The position numbers were made by a program, and so were the translations under genes. Source: Candidatus Uhrbacteria bacterium RIFCSPHIGHO2_01_FULL_63_20 (GTDB taxonomy: Bacteria > Patescibacteriota > Patescibacteriia > UBA9934 > GWF2-40-263). Taken from it: a stretch of 59,701 bases of DNA. Location: positions 60,872-120,572 of the forward strand of contig MGDT01000007.1 in assembly GCA_001791045.1 (NCBI GenBank), in the 5' to 3' direction. Below the pieces are notes generated by a model. It worked only from the letters and a program-made list of their open reading frames with translations, searched no databases and had not been told where the DNA came from. Positions 41,549 to 50,490 of this stretch are shown piece by piece; positions within the stretch are counted from its first letter, which is position 1, and each line of letters begins with the position of its first letter.

Positions 41549-42333
41549 CTCTCTTGCAAGCGTTCATCCTGGGCGCCGTGCAGGGGCTCGCCGAATTCCT
41601 TCCGGTTTCCAGCTCCGGCCACCTCATCCTGGTCCCGGCGATCTTCGGTTGGGAACCGCACCCGGTCGCGTTTGACGCGGTGATCCATCTTGGGACGCTG
41701 CTCGCCGTCGTGTACGCCCTGCGCGAGGACGTGACGCGCATCGTGGTCGGCATCTTCCGCGGGGACTCGCTCGGTCGCGTCGGCTGGCTCATCGCCGTCG
41801 GCACGATCCCGACGCTGTTGGTCGGGTTCCTGTTGAGCGAGGTTTCGGGACCCGACCTGCGCTCCCCCTCGCTCGTCGCGGCCATGCTTGCCGGGTGGGG
41901 CGCGTTGTTGTGGATCGCGGACCGTTCGGTGAAGCCGGACGCGACGGATGATATCCGCCGCCTTTCCTGGAAGCAGGCCATCCTCGTGGCGGTCGTCCAG
42001 GTGTTTTCCCTCATTCCTGGCACCTCGCGCAGCGGCGCCACCATCACGGCCGGGCTGTTCGCGGGGATCGATCGCGCCACGGCCGCGCGATTCTCGTTCC
42101 TGCTCGGCCTCCCGGCGATCGCCGCGGCCGTTTGCCTCTCGTTCGTCCGGATCTGGAACGGCGCGGCTCCGGTCGCGATCGCGCCGACCATCGTCGGTAT
42201 CGGGTCGTCTTTCGCGTTTGGCGTGCTCGCCATCCGGCTCCTGTTGAAACTCATGAAGAGCGCGAGTTACGCCCCGTTCGCCGTATACCGCATCGCCCTC
42301 GCCGCGGTCGTCTGGCTCGTGCTTGTCAGGTAA
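41545..42333 (+). CDS. uppP: Undecaprenyl-diphosphate phosphatase (BacA/UppP)
   Basis: QGLAEFLPVSSSGHL, PGTSRSGATI. Confidence 0.93.
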   Translation: MTLLQAFILGAVQGLAEFLPVSSSGHLILVPAIFGWEPHPVAFDAVIHLGTLLAVVYALREDVTRIVVGIFRGDSLGRVGWLIAVGTIPTLLVGFLLSEVSGPDLRSPSLVAAMLAGWGALLWIADRSVKPDATDDIRRLSWKQAILVAVVQVFSLIPGTSRSGATITAGLFAGIDRATAARFSFLLGLPAIAAAVCLSFVRIWNGAAPVAIAPTIVGIGSSFAFGVLAIRLLLKLMKSASYAPFAVYRIALAAVVWLVLVR

Positions 42334-42360
42334 GGAGGCCCGTGTTCAGATGGGACCGGT

Positions 42361-43656
42361 ATGGCCTCATACGAGGTTCGGGATCCCATCCACAAGCGCA
42401 TCTGGTTCGACGGATACGAACGGAAGGTCATCGACCATCCGTTTTCGCAGCGTCTGCGGTTCGTGAACCAGCTGTCGTTCTTGCTTTCGTACGTCTACCC
42501 CGGCGGCGTCCACGACCGGTTCAGCCACGCGCTGGGCGCCATGCACGTGGCCGGCCGGCTGTTCGCGCGGTTCCTCGCGTCGAGCAACGCGCTCTCGTCG
42601 CGGTTCTCGGGTGAGGAGCTTGAGGCGTTGCGACGGCGCGTCCGGCTTGGAGGCCTGCTGCACGACATCGGGCACGGGCCGTTCTCGCACTCCTCGGAAA
42701 CGGTGTTCCCGCGGCTGCGCGCCCTGCCGCTGGAGCGAAGCTGGTGGAAGGAAATCCCCGACCGCCAGGCCAAGCACGAGGACTACAGCGTGCTGCTCAT
42801 CCAGACCCTCGTGGCGGAGGGCATCCTCGACGCCGAGCTCGCACGTGACGTGGCCTCGCTCGTGCACGCCGGGGTGACGCCGTCGCCGTTTTTCGATGGG
42901 ATCGAACGCAAGGCGCCGACCCTGCACGCCATCCTCAAGTCCATCGTGTCCGGCGAGGTGGATTGCGACCGCATGGATTACCTCCTGCGGGACAGTTATT
43001 ACTGCGGGGTGGCCTACGGCCAATATGACCTCGATTGGCTCATCTCGAGCATGGGGGTCGCGGAACAGGGAGGGAAGCTCGTGTTCGCGCTGTCCGAGAA
43101 CGGGGTGCGCGCGTTCGAGGACATGCTGCTCGCGCGCTATCACATGATCGACCAGGTGTATTTCCACAAGACCAAGGCCGGGTTCACCCACTGCCTTGAA
43201 CAAGCGATTTCGTCAGGCGAGATCACGCTGGAAATCCCGTCCGACCCATACGCGTACGCCGAACTGCGTGACGGGAAGGTGATCGAGCAGCTGTTCGAAG
43301 CCGCCAAGGATCCGAAAAACGAATGGTCGCGCCGGCTCATGCGCCGCGAGGCGCCGAAGCGGATCCTGCGGTTGCACCCCGACCGGTTCGATGACCGAGA
43401 GACGCTCGAGGAGCTGAAGCGTCGCTGCGAAGCGAAAGGCGTTCGGTGGTTCACGCACTCGGCCGGGAGCGAGCTGTCGCATTTCGGGGAGGGGAGCGAT
43501 TCGGCCAGCATGATGTACGTCGCGAAAAAGACCGTCTCGGGAATCGAGTTCGTCCCCATCTTCAAGTACTCCGACCTGTTGCAAAAGTACAACGAGCGGC
43601 TGCGCTTCACGGATTTCTTCGTCCTACGCGAGGATGCCGCGCGTCTTGGACGCTGA
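42361..43656 (+). CDS. HD-domain phosphohydrolase (dNTP triphosphohydrolase/SAMHD1-like family)
   Basis: DPIHKRI, RFSHALGAMHVA, LLHDIGHGPFSH, DCDRMDYLLRDSYY. Confidence 0.8.
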   Translation: MASYEVRDPIHKRIWFDGYERKVIDHPFSQRLRFVNQLSFLLSYVYPGGVHDRFSHALGAMHVAGRLFARFLASSNALSSRFSGEELEALRRRVRLGGLLHDIGHGPFSHSSETVFPRLRALPLERSWWKEIPDRQAKHEDYSVLLIQTLVAEGILDAELARDVASLVHAGVTPSPFFDGIERKAPTLHAILKSIVSGEVDCDRMDYLLRDSYYCGVAYGQYDLDWLISSMGVAEQGGKLVFALSENGVRAFEDMLLARYHMIDQVYFHKTKAGFTHCLEQAISSGEITLEIPSDPYAYAELRDGKVIEQLFEAAKDPKNEWSRRLMRREAPKRILRLHPDRFDDRETLEELKRRCEAKGVRWFTHSAGSELSHFGEGSDSASMMYVAKKTVSGIEFVPIFKYSDLLQKYNERLRFTDFFVLREDAARLGR

Positions 43657-43701
43657 CGGGGCATTGCGCGCCCACCCCGCATCCGTTACCGTGGCCGCAC
43701 T

Positions 43702-45192
43702 ATGAAACCCTCCGCCCTCGCGGCCTTCCTCGGCGCGGCCCTCGTCGCGCTCGTCGCGTTCCTGTTCGTACGAATCGCCCCTCCGTCGGAATCCGCGCTG
43801 CCCGCCTCCCTTCGCGCCAACGCGGCGCAGATGCTTGCCCTCACGAACCGCCTGGAGGTGGAACAAGGGAGCGTGCGGCTCACCCGCGTCGACGGGGAGG
43901 TGGTCGAAGTGGCGGCAGAGGCGCGGGTCGGGATCGGGGACCGCATCGAGGTTTCCACGGACGGCCTGGCGACCATCCGCTGGTTCGACGATTCCGTGAG
44001 CCGGCTTTCCGGCGGCACGGATATGCGCGTCACGGCCGCGGATTACGCGCCGCTCGATCCCAGCGAGACGCACGTACGCTTCGAGCTCACCGCCGGGACC
44101 GTGTGGTCGAAGGTCGCGGGACTCGTGGACGACGCCTCCTCGTTCGAGGCCGCTTCCGGCTCGGTGGTGGCCGGCGTGCGCGGGACCGCGTTCAATTTCG
44201 CGGTGGACGGCCCGCTCGTGCGGGTGGAAGCGGTGGAACATGCGGTGAGCGTCCGTGCCGCGGACGCTCCCGTATCCGTGCTCACCCGCGGCAAGGCCGC
44301 GCAGGCAGTGGACGGCTCATCCGCCCGCGCCCTCTCCGTGACGTCCTTCAAGGCCTCCGACGCCTGGCACGCGCGCAACAAGGCCGCGGACGCCAAGGAA
44401 GGGGAAACGCTCAAGCGCTTGGTACTCGCGCGCCTGCGCGCGCGCGTGGGCGCCATGCCCGGGGAAACGGGATGGGAGGAGAAGCAACGCGAGATTGCCC
44501 TTGCCGTCGGCGCGGAAGACCCTGCCGCGCGCGCCAAGGCGCTCATCGCGGCGGCCCGATTGCGCGCCGCCGAGTCCGTGCTCGCGCTCGTCGAGGGGAC
44601 CGGGTCGCGCGGCGCGGTGGAGGCCGCCTTCGTGCAGGGCGACGAGGCGATCACCGCGGTGAACGCCGCGGTCACGGACGAGGGAGAACGCGCGCGCCTC
44701 CTGCAGTCCCTGCGCGCGGAAATCAAGCTGCTGGGCCGCGCGCTCGAGCAGGCGCTTCCCGACGACGAGGCGCTGTACGCGGCCAAGGAACGCCTGCGTG
44801 ACAGGACCTGGGCGCTTGCCGAGGACGCGCAGGAATGCGAACGCCTCACGGCCTTGCACAACCGCGCCAAGCTCTTCGAGCTGCAGGACGCGCTCCTGGG
44901 GGGCTGGACGGACGCCTGTTCCATGACCGCGGAGGTCGACTCCCTGCGCGACTATGCCCTGGAGGACGCGCCGTTCGCCACGCTCCTTGAGGCGTTCCTC
45001 GCGGACGCCAAGCGCTTGTGCCCGCGACGGGCGCCGATCCTCTCGGCGCTTCCGGCCCCCGTCGTGTCCGCGCCGGTCCCGCTCCCCGCGCCCGAGGAAC
45101 CGTCCGTCGTGTCCGCGCCGCTTGAACCCGTGAACGGGCAAGCCGTCATGCCTGCCGACCAGGACGCCGGAGGGAAGCCCTCCGCCTACTGA
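43702..45192 (+). CDS. FecR-domain protein with an N-terminal TM anchor and a long helical C-terminal region
   Basis: TM helix, then GDRIEVSTDGLATIRWFDDSVSRLSGGTDMRV...GVRGTAFNF. Confidence 0.7.
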   Translation: MKPSALAAFLGAALVALVAFLFVRIAPPSESALPASLRANAAQMLALTNRLEVEQGSVRLTRVDGEVVEVAAEARVGIGDRIEVSTDGLATIRWFDDSVSRLSGGTDMRVTAADYAPLDPSETHVRFELTAGTVWSKVAGLVDDASSFEAASGSVVAGVRGTAFNFAVDGPLVRVEAVEHAVSVRAADAPVSVLTRGKAAQAVDGSSARALSVTSFKASDAWHARNKAADAKEGETLKRLVLARLRARVGAMPGETGWEEKQREIALAVGAEDPAARAKALIAAARLRAAESVLALVEGTGSRGAVEAAFVQGDEAITAVNAAVTDEGERARLLQSLRAEIKLLGRALEQALPDDEALYAAKERLRDRTWALAEDAQECERLTALHNRAKLFELQDALLGGWTDACSMTAEVDSLRDYALEDAPFATLLEAFLADAKRLCPRRAPILSALPAPVVSAPVPLPAPEEPSVVSAPLEPVNGQAVMPADQDAGGKPSAY

Positions 45193-45197
45193 ACCGT

Positions 45198-47270
45198 ATG
45201 AGCAAGCAGGGCGTCCGACGGCTCGCGTTCTGGGCCGCCGCATCCGCGGCGGCCTTCGCGCTCCTGTGGCTTGCCGCGCGCGGCGGCGCGCTCGAGCAGG
45301 CGCACCTTTCGATATCCAACCTCCTGTTCCAGGGCCGCGAGGGACGCGCGGCCCCGTTCATCGTGCTGGTGGCCATCGATGACGCCTCGCTTGCGCGCCG
45401 GAGCATGGGGGAGCAGGGGACCCTGCGGTTTGGCAAGGCCGAGTACGCGCGCGTGGTGGACGCGCTCGCGGACGCGGGCGCCGCCGCCGTCGGCGTGGAC
45501 GTCATCCTAAGCGAGGCGAGCGCCGAAGCGGACGTGCGCGCGCTCGTGGACGCGCTCGCGCGGCACCCCAACGTGGTGCTGGCCGCCATGCCCGGCGTCA
45601 TGGGCGCTGGCGCGCTGCTTCCCTTGCCCGCGATCGCGAGCGCGGCCGAGGACCGGTTGGGGAGCGTGCTGTTCCGGCCCGACGCGGACAATACGGTGCG
45701 CCGCGTGATCGCGCTCACCGGCGACATGGCGGTCCCCGAGGCCTTCAGCGTGGCCGTGCTGCGCGCGGCGCTTGGGGCGAGCGAGCGCGCGCAGGCAACC
45801 GTTCCAGGGCCCTACGAGATCACCTCCCGATCCGTGCGCCTGGGACGCGTGCGCGTCCCGAGCGTGCGCCTCCCCCTCGACGAACGCGGCCGATTCGTCT
45901 CGGATTTCTTCGGGCCGCCCGGCAGTTACCGCACCATCTCCTTCGCCGACGCGCTCGACGGGCGGCTCGTGGACCGCGCCGGGCAGAGCGTGGACCTTAC
46001 GGGCGCCATCGTGCTCGTGGGGGAGATGGGGACCGCGATCCACGACGAGCAGTACGTCCCGTCCTCGGCGGGGGCGCGGATGAGCGGGGTGGAGATCCAT
46101 GCCAACGCCATCCAGACCATGCTCGAGGGGTCTTACCCGCGCGAGGCGTCGCCCGCCGCGCACGCGGCCATGGCCGCCGCCGTCTTCGCGCTCGCGCTCG
46201 CCGCCTTCCTCCTGCTCGCGCCCCGTCCCGCCGCCGCGCTCCTTGCCGCGGCGTTCGCGCTGTTCACGGCATCGGTTTGGATCGCCATCGAGCGCGGCGT
46301 CGTCTTGCACACCGTCTTCCCGCCGCTCGCGCTCGTCGGCGCGTTCGTGTGCGCGTTCTCGTTCCGCTACGCCGACGAGGCGCGGCTCTCGGCGCGCATC
46401 CGCCGGCTGTTCGGCATGTACGTGAGCCCGCACGTGGTGCAGGAGCTCGTGGAACGCCCGGAGCTCGTGGTGCGCGGCGGGCGCAAGCGGACGGTGACGG
46501 TCCTGTTCTCCGACATCGCCGGGTTCACCTCCATCGCCGAGCGCACGGACGCCTCGGAGCTCGTGGAGCAGCTCAACGAGTACCTCGACGCGATGAGCGC
46601 GGTCGTCTACCGCCACGACGGGACCGTGGACAAGTACATCGGCGACGCGGTGATGGCGTTTTGGAACGCGCCGCTCCCCCAGGAGGATCATGCCGCGCGC
46701 GCCTGCCTCACGGCGCTCGATTCGCTCGCCGCGCTCGACGATCTCAACGCGCGCCGCGCGCGCCGAGGCCAGGATCCGCTGCATGCGCGGTTCGGCATCA
46801 ATACCGGGGAGATGGTGGTGGGCAACGTGGGCGCCGTGAACCGGTTCGACTACACGGTGATCGGCGACGCCGTGAACCTGGGCGCGCGGCTGGAGGGCGC
46901 CAACAAGGCGTACGGCACGCGCATCCTCGTGTCCGAGGCCACCTACCTCGCCGCCAAGGGGGCGGTCGAAGGACGGGAAGTGGACCTGCTGGCCGTGAAG
47001 GGGAAGGCCAAGAGCGTGCGCGTCTACGAGGTCATGGGCCGCGCCGGAGCCTTGTCGGAACGCGCGCAGAAGGTGAAGGCGTTCTTCAGCGAGGCGCTCG
47101 CCTCCTATCGCGCGCGCGACTGGGACGAGGCCGAGGCGCTCCTGCGGAAGGCGCTCTCGATCGCGCCTGACGACGGAGTGTCGGCGTGCTACCTCGAGCG
47201 CGTGCGCGTGTTGCGCGTGGACCCGCCCGCTTCGGATTGGGACGGGTCGTTCCACGCCAAGGAGAAATAG
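45198..47270 (+). CDS. CHASE2-sensor class III adenylate/guanylate cyclase with a C-terminal TPR-like tail
   Basis: CHASE2 pattern (VLVAIDDASL...GVDVILSE). Three TM helices. Cyclase domain VTVLFSDIAGFTSIAE...KYIGDAVMAFWNAP...GINTGEMVVGNVG....DYTVIGDAVNLGARLE. Confidence 0.85.
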   Translation: MSKQGVRRLAFWAAASAAAFALLWLAARGGALEQAHLSISNLLFQGREGRAAPFIVLVAIDDASLARRSMGEQGTLRFGKAEYARVVDALADAGAAAVGVDVILSEASAEADVRALVDALARHPNVVLAAMPGVMGAGALLPLPAIASAAEDRLGSVLFRPDADNTVRRVIALTGDMAVPEAFSVAVLRAALGASERAQATVPGPYEITSRSVRLGRVRVPSVRLPLDERGRFVSDFFGPPGSYRTISFADALDGRLVDRAGQSVDLTGAIVLVGEMGTAIHDEQYVPSSAGARMSGVEIHANAIQTMLEGSYPREASPAAHAAMAAAVFALALAAFLLLAPRPAAALLAAAFALFTASVWIAIERGVVLHTVFPPLALVGAFVCAFSFRYADEARLSARIRRLFGMYVSPHVVQELVERPELVVRGGRKRTVTVLFSDIAGFTSIAERTDASELVEQLNEYLDAMSAVVYRHDGTVDKYIGDAVMAFWNAPLPQEDHAARACLTALDSLAALDDLNARRARRGQDPLHARFGINTGEMVVGNVGAVNRFDYTVIGDAVNLGARLEGANKAYGTRILVSEATYLAAKGAVEGREVDLLAVKGKAKSVRVYEVMGRAGALSERAQKVKAFFSEALASYRARDWDEAEALLRKALSIAPDDGVSACYLERVRVLRVDPPASDWDGSFHAKEK

Positions 47271-47323
47271 GGTATCCTGCGCGCACGAGTCCGCGCGCTG
47301 GTGCGCGGCCCCCGAGGTGTCCC

Positions 47324-47530
47324 GTGCCCGAACCCCACGATCCTTCCGACCTTCCTCCTCCGCATGCCCCTGCCGCCCAGGCGACCGTCTGGGTCCCGCC
47401 GGAGTCCGACGTCACGCGCGAGGCCCGGCTGCGCGGCGTCCATTGGGTCGTCGTCGCGGCAGAACGCTGCCGGGGGCGCACCAACAAGGTGGCGAAATTC
47501 GCGTCTCTGCGCGCGCAACGGCGCGCCTGA
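47324..47530 (+). CDS. Speculative small ORF (68 aa, GTG start) in the long cyclase-mnmA spacer
   Basis: Open frame ending in TGA at 47528-47530, 17 nt before a strong terminator. No RBS and no recognisable motif. Confidence 0.2.
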   Translation: MPEPHDPSDLPPPHAPAAQATVWVPPESDVTREARLRGVHWVVVAAERCRGRTNKVAKFASLRAQRRA

Positions 47531-47547
47531 CCCCCTTCCTCTGCCGT

Positions 47548-47576
47548 GCGGCTCCTGTTGCAGGAGCCGCTTTTTT
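47548..47576 (+). terminator. Strong rho-independent terminator
   Basis: gcggctcctg-ttg-caggagccgc-tttttt. Confidence 0.85.
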
Positions 47577-47599
47577 GTGCGAACCTGCGTCGTTCCCCT

Positions 47600-48643
47600 A
47601 TGGCAGAAAGCAAGCGCAAAGTCCTTCTCGGCATGAGCGGCGGCGTGGATTCGTCCGTGGCCGCGGCGTTGCTTTTGGGACAGGGGTACGAAGTGATCGG
47701 CGCGTTCATGAAGAACTGGAGCGACTGCGAGTGGCGGAGGGATATGCGCGACGCCGCGCGCGTGGCGGCGCAGCTCGGCCTCCCGTTCGTGACGTTCGAT
47801 TTCGAGAAGGCGTATCGGGAGTTGGTGGTGGATGAGATGTTCCGCGAGTATGCATCTGGGCGCACGCCGAATCCTGACGTCCTATGCAACCGCTTCGTGA
47901 AGTTCGACCTGTTCGTGCGCGAGGCCGATCGGCTTGGGTGCGACTTCATCGCGACCGGGCACTATGCCCGGACATACCAACTCCCAAATACCAAATACCA
48001 GCTCCTTCGTTCCACGGACGCCAACAAGGATCAGACGTATTTCCTCTGGGCCATCGATCCGAACGTCCTGTCGCGCGTGCTGTTCCCGTTGGGTGAGATG
48101 GCCAAGCCGCAGGTTCGCGAGCGAGCGAGGGAGTTGGGGCTCGCGACGGCGGACAAGCCGGACAGCGTCGGGATCTGTTTCGTCGGGGAAGTGGACATGA
48201 AACAATTCCTTGTTCAAAGGATTCCACAGGTCCCGGGGAAGATCGTCACCTCGGACGGGAAGGAAGTCGGCATCCACGACGGATTGCCGTTCTACACGAT
48301 CGGCCAACGCGAGGGACTGAAGATCCCGATGGGAGAGCCGTACTACGTCGTGGAGAAACGGATGGAGACGAACGAACTGGTGGTCGGGAGCGCGTTCCAT
48401 CCCGGCCTGTTCAAGAAGGAAACGACGGGGATCCGCCCGAATTGGTTCCGCAAGCCGGCGGGGAAGACGCGCGTGCTCGTTCGCCTGCGCCACCGCGCCC
48501 CGCGCGTGCCGTGCGAAATCGAACCGTTGCCCGATGATCGGGTCCGCATCGCATTCGACGAGCCGCAGCGCGCGGTCACGCCGGGCCAGTCCGCCGTCTT
48601 CTACGCCGGGGACGAGGTCATCGGCGGGGCGATCATCGAGTGA
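47600..48643 (+). CDS. mnmA: tRNA 2-thiouridine(34) synthase MnmA
   Basis: GMSGGVDSSVAA, GRTPNPDVLCN, IATGHYAR, KDQTYFL. Confidence 0.95.
   Translation: MAESKRKVLLGMSGGVDSSVAAALLLGQGYEVIGAFMKNWSDCEWRRDMRDAARVAAQLGLPFVTFDFEKAYRELVVDEMFREYASGRTPNPDVLCNRFVKFDLFVREADRLGCDFIATGHYARTYQLPNTKYQLLRSTDANKDQTYFLWAIDPNVLSRVLFPLGEMAKPQVRERARELGLATADKPDSVGICFVGEVDMKQFLVQRIPQVPGKIVTSDGKEVGIHDGLPFYTIGQREGLKIPMGEPYYVVEKRMETNELVVGSAFHPGLFKKETTGIRPNWFRKPAGKTRVLVRLRHRAPRVPCEIEPLPDDRVRIAFDEPQRAVTPGQSAVFYAGDEVIGGAIIE
47973..48005 (+). repeat. Family A element (forward) inside mnmA
   Basis: cataccaactcccaaataccaaataccagctcc, translated TYQLPNTKYQL. Confidence 0.85.
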
Positions 48644-49280
48644 GGCCGTACCAGGCGAAGAACGCGGCTCCGGCCCCGGCGGACGGGTCGAACGGGATCG
48701 CGCGGATCGAAAGGGATGGCGCTTCGGTGACTTCCTGCGCCGAGGCGCTGATGAACGTCCTCCCGTCGGACAGGAAGACGGCGACCGGTCCCTCGACCGG
48801 CGCGATGTCCACCCGGTCCTCGAAGTTGTAGTAGGTGATCGCCAACGTCCCAGCGGTGGAGATGCGGCTCTCGCTTTCCTTAGTGACGATGCCGAATCCA
48901 GCCGTATCTGCCGAAATGGTGGCAGCCACGCGTCCGGTCCGCACGGTGACGGCGAGGTCCGACGGGATAAGGCTTGTCAATTCCACCAGCGTACGTTCAT
49001 CCATGCCGAATCTCACTCCGTCCGCGGTCAGTTCCAGACGTGTATCGTCGGAAGTGGCCAACACCTCACCTCGGACAAGAGTATCTCCGACCACCAATGC
49101 GCGCGAACGTCCGGCCGCGTCCGCCGTCGCCTCACCCTCGATCCTCGAGACGACGAGTGAAAGCGGTTTCTCGGCCTCCCCCGCGCCTCCGGCCCACGGG
49201 AATCCGAACCTGGCCCCGACGAGCAGGCTGGCAATCAAAAATCCCGACAGCGCGACAGGAATGAGGGTCTTCCGTTCCAT
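48633..49280 (-). CDS. FecR-like secreted/membrane-anchored protein
   Basis: Signal/TM (LIPVALSGFLIASLLVGA), then VVGDTLVRGEVLATSDDTRLELTADGVRFGMDERTLVEL. The 3' end overlaps the mnmA 3' end by 11 nt. Confidence 0.55.
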   Translation of the reverse strand: MERKTLIPVALSGFLIASLLVGARFGFPWAGGAGEAEKPLSLVVSRIEGEATADAAGRSRALVVGDTLVRGEVLATSDDTRLELTADGVRFGMDERTLVELTSLIPSDLAVTVRTGRVAATISADTAGFGIVTKESESRISTAGTLAITYYNFEDRVDIAPVEGPVAVFLSDGRTFISASAQEVTEAPSLSIRAIPFDPSAGAGAAFFAWYGLTR

Positions 49281-49320
49281 GGCCTTATGGTAGCATGGAG
49301 TATCACCCATATACCCAAAT

Positions 49321-49581
49321 ATGCTGCTCGAATTCTACGGCAAGGAATGCCCCCACTGCGTGAAGATGATGCCCCTTGTGGATACGTTGATTTCCGAGGG
49401 GTTCGACATCAAGAAGCACGAGACCTGGCACGACGAGGCCAATGCCGAGCTGATGAAGACGTTCGACAAGGGGCTGTGCGGCGGCGTGCCGTTTTTCTAC
49501 AACACGGAGTCCAAACAGTTCATCTGCGGCGAGGCGGACGAGAAGACGCTGCGGGATTGGGCCGCGGGGAAAAAGGTGTGA
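49321..49581 (+). CDS. Thioredoxin-fold (glutaredoxin/thioredoxin-like) small protein
   Basis: 86 aa with a CPHC active-site motif near the N-terminus and GVPFF later. Confidence 0.7.
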   Translation: MLLEFYGKECPHCVKMMPLVDTLISEGFDIKKHETWHDEANAELMKTFDKGLCGGVPFFYNTESKQFICGEADEKTLRDWAAGKKV

Positions 49582-50474
49582 GGACGTTCGCCGCCATCGC
49601 GGCGATCTTGCTTGCGGGCGCCGGGTGCGTTCCGACGGTTTTTCCTCTGCGTACCCCGGCCGAGGAAGCGGCCGCGCTCCTCGTGCGCGCGGGTTCCACG
49701 ATCACGCTGAGCGAATCCCCGCTCGGGCTCGCGGGGGATTGGTTCCAGGCGTTCGGACATGGGAACACGCGTGTAGTGACGCTCGAACGCTGGGAGCTGC
49801 CGCACGCGTCGTTGCGTTGGGTGAGCGAGGAAAAGATCGAGACCGAGGCGTCCAAGCGGGCGCGCGAGGCCTTCGAGGCGTTGCCGCCCGCGCCCGTGGG
49901 CGAAATCGCTCCCAAACCGCCGGAGCCCGCGTACGACGCCGTCACCCGAGCAGGGGAGGCGCACGCCGATGATCTGGATGACGGGGACGGGTTGCTTCTC
50001 CCGGCCGCGTGGACGGAGGGAGAGGACGTGAGCCGCGACGGACGGACGTTGCTTTGGTTGTCTCGTGCGCAATACGACTCGCTTGTCGCGACGCGCGTCG
50101 CGACGGTACGGTTCGGGCTGTTCGACGAGGAGCTCGCCGGCGCGTACGAGGCGCTCGCCGGGTTCAAGTCGTTCATCGAGTCGCTCAATAAGGACGCGCC
50201 GTCTTCCACGGGCAAACCGGATTTCGACGCCATGCACGCGGATGAGCAATGGGGAGAGTACCGGCTCAAGGTGGACGGGGAAGAGATTTCGGTACGGACC
50301 GTGCAGGCTGGCAATTGGTTCGCCCGTATCGTTGTGCTCGCGAATCCGGAGAATCCGTTGGTGCTCCAGGTGAAGCTCACCCCGGCCGCGTACGGCCCGG
50401 ACGCGCTGCTTTCGCCAGCCACGGCATTCGCCCGATCGTTCGGGTACGAGGTCGTGTCCATCACCACGAAATAG
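49578..50474 (+). CDS. Putative lipoprotein of unknown function
   Basis: The GTG start overlaps the upstream stop. Lipobox-like AILLAGAGC. The rest has no recognisable motif. Confidence 0.55.
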   Translation: MRTFAAIAAILLAGAGCVPTVFPLRTPAEEAAALLVRAGSTITLSESPLGLAGDWFQAFGHGNTRVVTLERWELPHASLRWVSEEKIETEASKRAREAFEALPPAPVGEIAPKPPEPAYDAVTRAGEAHADDLDDGDGLLLPAAWTEGEDVSRDGRTLLWLSRAQYDSLVATRVATVRFGLFDEELAGAYEALAGFKSFIESLNKDAPSSTGKPDFDAMHADEQWGEYRLKVDGEEISVRTVQAGNWFARIVVLANPENPLVLQVKLTPAAYGPDALLSPATAFARSFGYEVVSITTK

Positions 50475-50490
50475 GCTACAATCTGGCCGT

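Noticed and set aside
45198-47270. Nucleotide cyclase as a Pycsar/CBASS-like anti-phage signalling system
   Set aside because: The architecture is a standard CHASE2-TM-class III cyclase with a FecR neighbour. No effector (TIR, pore-forming TM, nuclease, patatin) or CD-NTase is adjacent.
47812-47832. gtatcgggagttggtggtgg inside mnmA resembles a reverse family A copy about 160 nt upstream of the forward copy, which would mimic the inverted pair in tgt
   Set aside because: It encodes AYRELVVDE, which aligns without an insertion to the conserved region preceding GRTPNPD in MnmA. That is most likely chance similarity in ordinary coding sequence.
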